Shown one piece after another: positions 9,485-19,303 of a stretch of 64,000 nt of DNA. How positions within the stretch are numbered: position 1 is the stretch's first letter; each line of letters opens with the position of its first letter. Under the pieces are notes generated by a model, which saw only the letters and a program-made list of their open reading frames with translations, searched no databases and was not told the origin of the DNA. The DNA is from a virus (taxonomy: Duplodnaviria > Caudoviricetes), in the IMG/VR virus record IMGVR_UViG_3300037067_013660, positions 32,001 to 96,000 of that record; one strand, written 5' to 3'. The position numbers and the translations under genes were made by a program.

Positions 9485-12400
9485 TTATTGTCCTGTCTTC
9501 AGGATCGGGCGGCGGCTCGGCCAGAAGGCGTCGAGAGCCGTACCATCCACTACGTCGGAAGAAAAAGCAGCACCTGTAACTCCACCCATGCCCATGAACG
9601 GACCGCCAGAAATTTGCATTACGGCTTGTCCGTGATGTTGGTCATCCGATGGATTGATGACCAAGCCATAGAAACAATAGCCAATGGGTCCACCGTGATC
9701 GTACGTCATGTAGTGTTTTGGACTCGTGGCAAACGGGGAAACCCCTGGGCCTACGGGGAACAGATCAGGTGCTTGCGTAGCAGAGCTAAACAATACACCC
9801 GCGTTTGTCAGCAACGCCAGCGTCGTGCCACTGCCCGGTACCAATACCGGCATACTGGTACGAGCAGAATCATTCCCTAAATAAATACCACGTCCGTAAT
9901 TAGCATGAATCGACGTAGACGGTACGTAGAAGTTCTCTAACGCCGTAATAGTAGGAACATCCCACGACGCTGGATACGCTATGGTGCGTCCGCGTAGACT
10001 AGAGTTGCCCACGGCGTAAGATTGAGTATATTGGTAGGTAGCGAAAACTCCGCCGAACAGACTGGACGACCCCATGGGAATACGGATCAGATCGGTACTT
10101 ACGTTTGCTATGTAGGCAAGTCCTGCGTTATACGTAGTTCGGGGGGATTCTTGAATTACAAACGTATTTTTGACTGTACCGCCGAAATTTCCAAAGTCCG
10201 CTGTATGCAAATAAACACTGGCGTCGACTGAGTCTGCTGCATGCGACAAATACATCAAAACAGTTCCTGGATTGTAGCACAAAAGTACAGGAATATTAGG
10301 ATTAGGCGCACCAGGAAAAGCTACAGGAGACGTAAATTCTGGTGGCGGCGTTTCTAAGTAACTATGGATGCCAGGGGCAACTGTAGGGAAAAAAGAGTTC
10401 CAACACGTAACCGCGTAATCGGCGGCAACTGCGTATTGTGACATACCGGCAAGCGTAGCGATCAAACCAATAATATGATTTCTATTTTGACGTAAAGGAA
10501 TTGCCGCGTAAAATGTATCTGCTGTATTGGGAATTACCCAAGCGTACGTATGCGCTAATACAGCACCGCTGGCGTCTGAATCAGTAGTTTGATATTCACA
10601 CGCCCATACTTCGTGTGAATAATCTGCTTGTCTGGGCTCGCCTGGCAAGCACAAACGAGAAACACCATTAACGAACTGACTGTACTGTACGCCATTAGCA
10701 TTTTCGACAACGAATTTGTTGTGATACCCAGGCGCATAACCAAAGAAACCAACGCTAGCGCCCTCACGACCTGGATCAATATCGAAGTCAAACGTACCTT
10801 CGTGGTAAATGCCGCCCAACAACATGTTGGGGTGCATGGGGAAAGGCATTCGTAGGATCGCGGCGGCGTAGAGGGTTTGTGATGCACCGGCAGCGATGTG
10901 TAAATCTTGTGCCCCCGTGGCCTTCGTTTCCTTTACCAACTGCGTAGCATTGTAGACGCCGAAACGGTCAGACCCCATGGAACCGACGGACGGTACACGT
11001 GCGGGCATACCGGACCAAGTATCGACACCACCAAAAATACTGCACGCGCCTGACTGCGATACGTAGTGGTCGCTGTTGGCCACGATGGTGCCGTGAAGCA
11101 AGTCCTTGAGTTTCGGTACGGCGGTAACGGGATCTGCAATCGCGCCTTCGCCACTAAGACCTTGGTACGGCGTATAGGTGTAATGGATCAACAGTTCGTC
11201 TGCCAACGCGTTGGTCGGTGCCGTCCACTTCGGTACGATGACGAGAAAATAATCATCTGACCCATAGGCAGAAGGATCGAACGATACCATGTTGCTATTA
11301 AGGTATCCGACGGCATTGGAGATGGAGATCAAAGACTGATCCCAAGGATCCGTCGCGACGCCCGTTGCACTCGTCAACATTATGGGCATGTTGAAGAACA
11401 CGCCTGCGTGTTCAGCGTTGTGCCAGGTACCGCGACCCAAATCAAACGCGTAGTCGGCGGGCGGGCCCCCATCAGCACTAAAGTCCAGCAACTCCTCGTG
11501 CCATTCGTAGTACGCCCTGACGGACTTGCCACCACGTCCAACCTCAATCCAGCGCGTTACTTCATCCGTGTAGTAGTAGACGACGACATCTATGTCCATG
11601 GCGATGGGGGCCGTAAACGTAATGGTAGCGGTGTCGCGTTCCGTCGCCGTCGCCGTCAACCGAATGGCCGATACCGTTGGTGCCGCACCATCGTAAGCGA
11701 TGTGTCCGATCCCCGCGATGACAACCGTCGTACCCGACGTGCCGCTGGAAGCCAAAATATTGGCGGAGGTAATTTGGGTCGACGCCCCCGCCACCGTCTT
11801 GCGTACGATGGTGTAGAGCGTCCCGATGTTTATTTCTTCTGGAGTACCGGTCGCAGGTCCCGCGATGGCTGCATGTACCTCGTCGGGAATTTCGGCTAAC
11901 CCGTAGTTTACCGCGTATGCCCCCGTGGTGCTACGGTCGTAATGTACCCAATACGAAACGCACAAAATGTCGGCGTCTGCGTAATGACCCAAATTTGTTG
12001 TAATCTGCATACTGGTAGCGCGATCCAAAGCGTCACGCGCCGCTATCGTAAAGGCTGGATCTGTACTCGGTACAATGCTGAATACGTCACCCTCTACGTG
12101 AGCACCAGAAGCAGCATTAATCCACTTAAGCGTCGCGGGTGTTGGATACGCTTCAAGTGACTCTTGCGTGGTCCAACACGGCTGCCCCATAAAATCCAAG
12201 TACGTAGTATTGGTAGTAGTGGCGTCGACGATGTAGGCTGAAGGTAGATTTCGCACCAAATGTGCGCCTGAGGGGGCCAGTATGGTTAGGACGCCGGTCG
12301 CCTTATCCCACGTAACCAGACCACCCGGAACATTGTAGTCGGCGTTCAAAGGGAAGGACTCAGCCACGGGCTGAAACTCACGTGCGTCTGAGTATATTTT

Positions 12401-14722
12401 TCTGTGGTCGTTCTGTACGATCTCGTAACCGCCGCCGCCACCCTTGGTAATGAGGTCGGACTGTAGGATCCTGGTGCCCGCGACCACACCGCCCAGTCCG
12501 AATCCTGCCCACTTGTTGGCCATGCGGGTACGTAGTTGTCCCCGCATCAACTTGTCGATGTCTTCCTCCAACATGAGTTGAAGACGAGCTTCGTCAACGT
12601 CTACGAGACGGCGGAGATCCAAAATGTCGTCAGGGTGAACAGTCGTAGCACTGGTTTTGCCATCAGGTCGCGTCGCGCCAGTACCGTTCGGATTCGTCGA
12701 ATAGTTCCATGCGCCAGAATTACGTCGATGCACCAGGCACACGGGAATAGCCCACTCGTACTCAAACGGATGAACACGGTCATCTTCCGTAACGGTTACG
12801 GTTCGAGACCAAACGCCACCATCAACGTATTCCTTACCCGCCGATCCACTGTACATATCGCCTTTGGTCCAACCAGCCGCCACCATGGCGTCGTCTTCGT
12901 CCAGCACGTTGGTCGCGTTGAACGCGTTGACCACCACCTCGAAGTTAACGTACCCACGCTTCCATCCTTGCCCTCGTACCGTAGCGACAGAACTGGACGG
13001 AATCCACGGACGATGTTGGCTACTGATATGTACGTTAGGACGATTGACGTGGTCCGCGTAGAGCGTGACCGACATCTTGATGTAGACGAGCGTGCGATCG
13101 TACGAACCGACACCTGCCGGTGGCGTGCCCAAATCAGCCGTTACTTTACGACATATTTCTTCGTAGCCTCGAATCCGTAGCTTAACGACGTCATCGCCAA
13201 ACTTAATTGTATTGGCAGCACCCGTCGGTCCGACGTCTACGTCTAGATCGAGGAAGCCACTAGCTTTATCATAGGGAGGTATGTTTTCGTACGTCCAGTG
13301 TTTCCTGACTTCAGTATCGAGTGCCAAACGACCCGCGTGGCTGACGTCCACGACTGGATAGACAGGGAAAACGTAGCGGACGAAATTGCGGAACTCCATG
13401 ATGGCCATGCCCATGCCAGGATCTTCCGCTGCGGTACGTCGCACGACAAACAGGGGAATCGCGTAAGAGAAACCATCGGCCGACGTAGCCGATACGGCAC
13501 GCCAAACACGAAAGTCGATACCAGTGCCAGGTGTTGCGGCGAAAGCATTTCCGTCTACGTTCATGGCTAACGCGGCAGACGTTGTATTATTGTACAGTGC
13601 TGTATCGGCTACGCCTTCGACAGTACCGAATCGGTACTTCGTCACGAGCCAGCCGTGATCGTCGGCCTGAAGTTCGTTTAGGTCGAAGTTGTCGCCGCCA
13701 GTACCGGCCTGCCACGACAAAGTCTCGACATTATCAGACACCTGAGAAATCGTATACGTCAGGGCACCGTCTGGGTTACGAGGAAAATCCCAGTTCTCAG
13801 GCGTCGTAATGGCCTCACGATATACTTCCAAGAAAATGAGGTCGTAGCGGTCCCCAGGACCAAGTGGCTGCGGCGGCATCGCGATGTTACGTGCATATGG
13901 CTGTACGTAGTGTCCGTTCACGATGGCGCTGAACGTATTGATACCGATCTGACTATCGACCGTAGGGGTCTCGATGATCGAGACGTCGATGTTGCTGGCG
14001 TACGCGTTGTGTGGAGAACCCGTCGTAGGCCGTGTACCTGCAATGACGCCAGACCCCTGTTCAATACGATTGCGTTCACCATCATGGATCACGTCGTACA
14101 TGGACGTGGTTTCGTTGTTGTAGCTGCCGGTCGCGAGCGTCTCCCACGTCAACGTGCCGGACTCCCAGAAATAGAACGTCTGGCCCGGCAGGCCGCCGCC
14201 GCTATTCAGCACGAAGTAGAAATCGCCATCGTGGTTTTGAACCGGTGGGTGCGACGGCAGCAGCAGGGGATTGTCGAGCGAGCCACGGAACGGACTCCGC
14301 TGCATCGGATCTACAGCGTCACGGTCCAGCGTGCTGATGTCCGCATTCGTCACCACCACAACGGCCCCGAGCTTCACGGTACCGAAAACGATCAGGTAGT
14401 TCTTGTCGGGATCCGCGTTGTACTGTACCGACGACTTCACCTCCCACTGAAGCGTAGGAGTCGTGCCCGTCACGTACTTGGCCCGCACCAGGATGTAGTT
14501 CGTCTGGCTCGCCACGACCGCGAGGGTCTGGACGGCGTCGTCGTAGCACAGCATCCCGTCGTAGCTGATGGCCTTGAAAGGCGAGACCACGACCGACAAG
14601 CCAGCACCAGGCGTAACTTGCCCGCCGTCGAAAATGGCGCGGGGGACAAGCGTCTGGAGCCGCTTGTTCATGTCTAAAGTGGAATCGGGGTGCTTCCAAC
14701 GAAGAACAGCATTCAACGTCAT
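9485..14722 (-). CDS. Large baseplate/tail fibre protein
   Basis: 1745 aa uninterrupted ORF in the tail operon; repeated 'R.DL(I/V)(F/Y)(L/I)...YAIP(L/V)..V.RR' baseplate-type modules; AT-richer C-terminal part. Confidence 0.65.
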   Translation of the reverse strand: MTLNAVLRWKHPDSTLDMNKRLQTLVPRAIFDGGQVTPGAGLSVVVSPFKAISYDGMLCYDDAVQTLAVVASQTNYILVRAKYVTGTTPTLQWEVKSSVQYNADPDKNYLIVFGTVKLGAVVVVTNADISTLDRDAVDPMQRSPFRGSLDNPLLLPSHPPVQNHDGDFYFVLNSGGGLPGQTFYFWESGTLTWETLATGSYNNETTSMYDVIHDGERNRIEQGSGVIAGTRPTTGSPHNAYASNIDVSIIETPTVDSQIGINTFSAIVNGHYVQPYARNIAMPPQPLGPGDRYDLIFLEVYREAITTPENWDFPRNPDGALTYTISQVSDNVETLSWQAGTGGDNFDLNELQADDHGWLVTKYRFGTVEGVADTALYNNTTSAALAMNVDGNAFAATPGTGIDFRVWRAVSATSADGFSYAIPLFVVRRTAAEDPGMGMAIMEFRNFVRYVFPVYPVVDVSHAGRLALDTEVRKHWTYENIPPYDKASGFLDLDVDVGPTGAANTIKFGDDVVKLRIRGYEEICRKVTADLGTPPAGVGSYDRTLVYIKMSVTLYADHVNRPNVHISSQHRPWIPSSSVATVRGQGWKRGYVNFEVVVNAFNATNVLDEDDAMVAAGWTKGDMYSGSAGKEYVDGGVWSRTVTVTEDDRVHPFEYEWAIPVCLVHRRNSGAWNYSTNPNGTGATRPDGKTSATTVHPDDILDLRRLVDVDEARLQLMLEEDIDKLMRGQLRTRMANKWAGFGLGGVVAGTRILQSDLITKGGGGGYEIVQNDHRKIYSDAREFQPVAESFPLNADYNVPGGLVTWDKATGVLTILAPSGAHLVRNLPSAYIVDATTTNTTYLDFMGQPCWTTQESLEAYPTPATLKWINAASGAHVEGDVFSIVPSTDPAFTIAARDALDRATSMQITTNLGHYADADILCVSYWVHYDRSTTGAYAVNYGLAEIPDEVHAAIAGPATGTPEEINIGTLYTIVRKTVAGASTQITSANILASSGTSGTTVVIAGIGHIAYDGAAPTVSAIRLTATATERDTATITFTAPIAMDIDVVVYYYTDEVTRWIEVGRGGKSVRAYYEWHEELLDFSADGGPPADYAFDLGRGTWHNAEHAGVFFNMPIMLTSATGVATDPWDQSLISISNAVGYLNSNMVSFDPSAYGSDDYFLVIVPKWTAPTNALADELLIHYTYTPYQGLSGEGAIADPVTAVPKLKDLLHGTIVANSDHYVSQSGACSIFGGVDTWSGMPARVPSVGSMGSDRFGVYNATQLVKETKATGAQDLHIAAGASQTLYAAAILRMPFPMHPNMLLGGIYHEGTFDFDIDPGREGASVGFFGYAPGYHNKFVVENANGVQYSQFVNGVSRLCLPGEPRQADYSHEVWACEYQTTDSDASGAVLAHTYAWVIPNTADTFYAAIPLRQNRNHIIGLIATLAGMSQYAVAADYAVTCWNSFFPTVAPGIHSYLETPPPEFTSPVAFPGAPNPNIPVLLCYNPGTVLMYLSHAADSVDASVYLHTADFGNFGGTVKNTFVIQESPRTTYNAGLAYIANVSTDLIRIPMGSSSLFGGVFATYQYTQSYAVGNSSLRGRTIAYPASWDVPTITALENFYVPSTSIHANYGRGIYLGNDSARTSMPVLVPGSGTTLALLTNAGVLFSSATQAPDLFPVGPGVSPFATSPKHYMTYDHGGPIGYCFYGLVINPSDDQHHGQAVMQISGGPFMGMGGVTGAAFSSDVVDGTALDAFWPSRRPILKTGQ

Positions 14723-14757
14723 GACGAAAACTCCCGCCTGGACCTACGTCCAAACGA

Positions 14758-15201
14758 TCAAAGGAACGGGGTCATGCGAAAAATCGTAGGACCATCCGTA
14801 CTGGTCAAGATCAATCTCGGCCGGTTGTACACGGCGTAGAGAAACTGTGTCCCAACGACCGGTGGATCTGGATCCGTGGGATCCACGTAAACGAACTCCG
14901 CGATCAACCCAATGGAACTCAACTCACCCGCGTACTCGCCCTGCTCGATCGTACAGATGAACACCGGGCACGTAATGGAATCCCACTCGATGGAATCGAT
15001 GATCTCGGGACCAAACAATATGGTACCGGACAACGTCGTGGCGCTAGGGTCCGGTGCCAACGCGGTGGTGTCGTCGCCGGGGTCGTGGCCACCGGCCGAA
15101 AACTCAAAGTACTTGACGCGGAAACTCGTCCCGTAGGCCCACATACGCGCTGTGTGCTGTTTCGCCAACGTGGTGCAGAGGGCTCGTGATTCGTAAGCCA
15201 T
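14758..15201 (-). CDS. DUF3751-like tail-collar protein (third copy)
   Basis: 147 aa; 'ALCTTLAKQH.AR...VKYFEFSAGGHDP...GELSSIGL.AE...FLYAVYN.P'. Confidence 0.55.
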   Translation of the reverse strand: MAYESRALCTTLAKQHTARMWAYGTSFRVKYFEFSAGGHDPGDDTTALAPDPSATTLSGTILFGPEIIDSIEWDSITCPVFICTIEQGEYAGELSSIGLIAEFVYVDPTDPDPPVVGTQFLYAVYNRPRLILTSTDGPTIFRMTPFL

Positions 15202-15202
15202 A

Positions 15203-15754
15203 TCAATCTCGCATGTCCACTTTGTAGACGTAGAGGTTATGGGTCGTGGGCGCCATGGCGGTGTTGTTCAAAATCGTGATGATGAGCTTGTCCGTCACGG
15301 CGGTCTGGACATTCGTCACGAAGGTGGTGCGCGTTCGACTCACTACGTTGGGTAGTGTGACGAGTGAGGCGGCCGCTTGCCACGCCTGCGCTCCCTCGTT
15401 CCAATAGAAATGATCGCTGGTCCGCTGCACAGACAACGACGCCGTCACGACCGCGACGTCAAACCGGTAGTCCAACGAAATGTCGTACGTGTGGGCTGCG
15501 TCCAAGACTTCCGCGTACGTACGGATCAAACAAACTTCCGCTGGGTCCAACATCGAAAGTTGAGCACAGGAATTACTCTGGCCCGCCATGATGTTGATGG
15601 GCGGGATCTGCCGCATCGTCACGATGGACGTGTCGGTCGTGTTGACCAGTACGACGTTGGTGCCCAGCTCCTCGACGTACCAGTGACGCCACCCACTACC
15701 GAGGCGTCGGTAGTGTCGCCATCCAACGTAGTCTATGTCGATCGTTACGGCCAT
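15203..15754 (-). CDS. Hypothetical virion protein
   Basis: Start revised to ATG 15754 (TAATG overlap with the upstream stop); 183 aa, beta-rich. Confidence 0.6.
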   Translation of the reverse strand: MAVTIDIDYVGWRHYRRLGSGWRHWYVEELGTNVVLVNTTDTSIVTMRQIPPINIMAGQSNSCAQLSMLDPAEVCLIRTYAEVLDAAHTYDISLDYRFDVAVVTASLSVQRTSDHFYWNEGAQAWQAAASLVTLPNVVSRTRTTFVTNVQTAVTDKLIITILNNTAMAPTTHNLYVYKVDMRD

Positions 15755-17823
15755 TAGTTTGTCGTAATGGTCCAGGCCCAAGGAGCCGTTTGCAAAGCAA
15801 GCAGACAAGCGGCCTTGACGGCGGGCGTCGGAACCGCGTTGGTGCCGCCACTCAGGTCAATCGTACCGCCCAACGGTCGAGCCGCCGCATTGAACGTGAA
15901 GTCCGCTAGGATCTGATCCACGGCAGCTAAATCCAGTGCATTGTTCTGTGCCTGAAAATCATTCAACGTGATGGATATGGTAGACGCTACATACCCAGTC
16001 AGTTGATTATCGTAACAATAAAAATCCTCCAACGCTACGTTGGCAGACAGATCGGGTATATTACCAGTCAGTTGATTATCGTATAGATGGCAAATCGTCA
16101 TTGCCACGTTGGCAGACAGATCGGGTATATTACCAGTCAACTGATTTGTATGGGCGTCAATATACTGCAACGCCACGTTAGTCGTAAGGCTAGGAATTAC
16201 GCCGGTCAACTGGTTGTCGTGAACATGAATGTGAGTCAACGCCACGTTGGTAGTCAAGTCAGGAATTGAACCGGTCAGTAGATTGCTATATACACTGAAT
16301 GTTGTGAGTGCCACGTTAGTCGTAAGGTTAGGAATTACGCCGGTCAACTGATTATCGCTTACGTTAAATTCAAGCAACGCTACGTTGGTCGCGATGCTGG
16401 GGATCGTACCGGTCAACTGGTTGGTTCTAACGATAAAATACTGCAGTGCAACGTTAGATGATAAATCAGGAATTGATCCGGTCAACAGATTGTTAGAATT
16501 AGAGAAAATGGTTATGGCAGTATTGCGGGACAAATCAGGAAGTGTGCCGACCAACGCATTATTGTACGCTCTCAGGTCCAGCAGCTCAACCGGATCCTCT
16601 ACGTACACCTTGATGGCGTAGGTACCGGCGCCACCGTAATTGTAGTTATGGGTTTGCAGTACGCCCGTGCCCGTAAACACGTCCACCGTACCATCACCCC
16701 AATCAACAACATAATCGACGCCGGTCGTCACGATGAAATGCCACGCTTGCGTTATGTCGGCAGTCGTGACGGCCCATAGCGGAGCGTACTCGTCAGCGCC
16801 TGAGCCAAACCACAGCACCACATTGTCGTACAATTCGCCAAACTCTGTATAGCGAACGTCTAGTACGGGCACATCATCGTAATCTACGTAAACCCGTACG
16901 TTGCTGGACGAACTCACGTCTGCGTCGCGGTCCACAACGAGACGGTAGTGATGGCTCAGTGTCCAGTCAACATCCGTAGACGCAAAATACTGAGCTTCGT
17001 CACTAGCGTTCAAAGTGCCGTCAATAAGACCAATACGACGGTTCAGTAATGCAGAAAAAGCGCACAGTTTGATGTTGCGAGCACCATCGTCTACACACGC
17101 GATGCATTGGGCAAAACCTGCAGGTGCGCCAGTTATGTGCAGTCTCGTACATACCTCAGTATTGTACTGATGGCCGTACCGCCGACTCGCCAGCATGTAG
17201 TTACGCCAACCCGTCGGTACCGTGTTGGTGATTTGTAAACGATCACTTACCAACGCGACGGTCTGGGCACCGAGTGCCGACCACGCCAACTCGCCCGTCA
17301 CGGCGTCGGGCAACGCGCCGTCAACCGGATCGTAATGCTCGGGCGTCGCGACCCACTCGACCTCCAACCACAATTCACTGATGCGGATCTCTCCGGTCGT
17401 CGGGGCCGTCGTGACGACGACGCCGATGCCCAGGTCCGCGAGGTCAGCGCCTACGAACCTGATGGCGCTGACGGGATCGGTGGTAAGGCGAACCTCGCCG
17501 TATTGCCACGAGGTCGTGGGCGTCACGGTCGTGACGGTGAGACCAACGCCGCCACGAAACAGCCCTATGGTAAAATCCGGAGCCCCTGCGGTATCGTCTA
17601 CAGAACAGCGGTAGTGGAGCGTCACGGCCCCGACGAACCCAAGGAATGGAACAGGGCCGTCGCCGCACGTAAACGTACTGGCGGCATTGAGCACACCACT
17701 GCCGATGTGGTAGACGTCACCAGAACCACGCAGCACCGCCGCCGTGCCGGTAGGCCGGTAGTAAACGGTCCAGTCGGCCGTCGCGGTGTCGGCCGATACG
17801 TCTACGTAGTGACGGAGGTTCAA
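15754..17823 (-). CDS. Tail-module protein with a PKD-like domain and C-terminal leucine-rich repeats
   Basis: 689 aa; 'VDWGDGT...HNY...GTYAIKV' PKD motif; about nine 23-aa repeats 'L..F....NQLTG.IP.L..NVAL'. Confidence 0.8.
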   Translation of the reverse strand: MNLRHYVDVSADTATADWTVYYRPTGTAAVLRGSGDVYHIGSGVLNAASTFTCGDGPVPFLGFVGAVTLHYRCSVDDTAGAPDFTIGLFRGGVGLTVTTVTPTTSWQYGEVRLTTDPVSAIRFVGADLADLGIGVVVTTAPTTGEIRISELWLEVEWVATPEHYDPVDGALPDAVTGELAWSALGAQTVALVSDRLQITNTVPTGWRNYMLASRRYGHQYNTEVCTRLHITGAPAGFAQCIACVDDGARNIKLCAFSALLNRRIGLIDGTLNASDEAQYFASTDVDWTLSHHYRLVVDRDADVSSSSNVRVYVDYDDVPVLDVRYTEFGELYDNVVLWFGSGADEYAPLWAVTTADITQAWHFIVTTGVDYVVDWGDGTVDVFTGTGVLQTHNYNYGGAGTYAIKVYVEDPVELLDLRAYNNALVGTLPDLSRNTAITIFSNSNNLLTGSIPDLSSNVALQYFIVRTNQLTGTIPSIATNVALLEFNVSDNQLTGVIPNLTTNVALTTFSVYSNLLTGSIPDLTTNVALTHIHVHDNQLTGVIPSLTTNVALQYIDAHTNQLTGNIPDLSANVAMTICHLYDNQLTGNIPDLSANVALEDFYCYDNQLTGYVASTISITLNDFQAQNNALDLAAVDQILADFTFNAAARPLGGTIDLSGGTNAVPTPAVKAACLLALQTAPWAWTITTN
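15960..16580 (-). repeat. 69-bp tandem repeats encoding the LRR units
   Basis: e.g. ACGTTGGCAGACAGATCGGGTATATTACCAGTCA at ~16037 and ~16106; GCCACGTTAGTCGTAAGGYTAGGAATTACGCCGGTCAACTG at ~16172 and ~16310. Confidence 0.85.
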
Positions 17824-18011
17824 TCCAATTCCTGTTCAGCACGCTCACGAAGAACGTGCAGGATCATGAGGCCCAGCTCCAGCAAAGCGTCGCGATCATA
17901 CCGCAACGTTACGACGTCGTCACACTCGGCGTCAGCAGCGAACTGCACGACCGTACGGCCGAAGTTGTTCAGCACAGTATCGACCGTAGCGTTGTCAAGA
18001 GCGAATTGCAT
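17820..18011 (-). CDS. Small hypothetical protein
   Basis: 63 aa; start and stop overlap both neighbours (translational coupling). Confidence 0.55.
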   Translation of the reverse strand: MQFALDNATVDTVLNNFGRTVVQFAADAECDDVVTLRYDRDALLELGLMILHVLRERAEQELD

Positions 18012-19303
18012 CAGCCTAATATACCGAAGTATGGATCCGGCAGGTAGCCGGGGTCATCACCACCGTACAGTGGATGGTTTGGTTTTACAGGCGACACGAC
18101 GGTCGCGTCACACCTCATGGTCGTCAGGATCTTGGTGTCGGGACCTTCATAGCAGCAGTCCTGGTTCTGCGGCAGCACCACGCTGGTAGTCGCGATATCG
18201 AAGCAGTGGCCGCCATCAAACGTAGTGGACAACGAAGTCCCGACCCAGTAGTCGGTCTTGAGGTCGATGTCGTAGATGTTGTCGAACTCGACCCACCCGC
18301 CATCAAACTCTTCACCTGAATCAAAGAACGTACCGCCGATCCCAGGGTACTCTACGGACGAATCAAACGAGTGGGCCCAGAAACAAAACGACGGCTGGCT
18401 CGACAACGACATGGAGCCGGAAAATACCAACCGGTCCATGCAGCCCAAGCGGCTGATCATATCGAGGAACGAACAGCCCTTGCCCGTGTTGTCGAATACG
18501 TGCTGCTGATAGTACTCGGTGTCGTGTTGCCGCAGCATCACGACGTTTTCGTCAAAACGGACGAAATCCCACTTGTCGTTGTTGGCGATGTAGCCGATGA
18601 GTGCGGTCCAACGGTTAATGCACAGGTTTGGGATCCACACGTGGAAATCCCACCCGAACATATCGTCGCCCGACGTGTAGGGTTGGTAAAGCTCAGGCTG
18701 CCACGTCGTCGGGTTGTGACTGCGGTGTACTACCGGCGTCGAGGACGAGAACGCCGACACCACAGCCTTGACGGCTCCGTCACTACCACTGAGACCGAAC
18801 AACGCGTTGGCCACGGCCTTCAACGCGATGATCCGCATGGAACGGACGTCGGGTAGCTGACGACTAAACGGTAACAACCAATCGACAAAGAACGAGGCCC
18901 AAGGTGACGTCGTGAGCGCCAGGTACCGTTCGTTAATCCTCCCCGCTACCTCGTACTGTTGTTCCGCCAGCGCGTCCATCAAGGTGGTGATGTAGGTCGC
19001 GACGATCGTCAAGCTGACGGGAGCGTCGATTCCGTTCGTCACGAAAATGTCGTTGGTGCCGATTACTGGCAGTTCAATGACGTCGCGCTCACTATGGGGC
19101 AGATGCGTCCAGACCAGTCGGTTGCCTACGTAGATCTTGACCGGTGCCTTGGTGCTGGTCTCCAAGACAAACCGCTGAGGCGAGGACGACAGCGGCACCA
19201 TGTCGAACGACTGCAGATAGAAATTACCCGCCGGGATGGCATCGTCGGTCATGCCGTCCCGTATGTAGTCGTGGGGCTTTGGTTCGACGTAGAATTTGAG
19301 CAT
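18011..19303 (-). CDS. Baseplate wedge protein (positional analogue of P2 gpI)
   Basis: 430 aa directly after the J-like gene; 'GSDGAVKAVVSAF' resembles the gpI-type 'GT..A.......' motif. Confidence 0.5.
   Translation of the reverse strand: MLKFYVEPKPHDYIRDGMTDDAIPAGNFYLQSFDMVPLSSSPQRFVLETSTKAPVKIYVGNRLVWTHLPHSERDVIELPVIGTNDIFVTNGIDAPVSLTIVATYITTLMDALAEQQYEVAGRINERYLALTTSPWASFFVDWLLPFSRQLPDVRSMRIIALKAVANALFGLSGSDGAVKAVVSAFSSSTPVVHRSHNPTTWQPELYQPYTSGDDMFGWDFHVWIPNLCINRWTALIGYIANNDKWDFVRFDENVVMLRQHDTEYYQQHVFDNTGKGCSFLDMISRLGCMDRLVFSGSMSLSSQPSFCFWAHSFDSSVEYPGIGGTFFDSGEEFDGGWVEFDNIYDIDLKTDYWVGTSLSTTFDGGHCFDIATTSVVLPQNQDCCYEGPDTKILTTMRCDATVVSPVKPNHPLYGGDDPGYLPDPYFGILG

Noticed and set aside
15960-16580. 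CRISPR-like periodic repeats
   Set aside because: The 69-bp period is the LRR coding unit within an intact ORF; no repeat-spacer structure and no cas genes.
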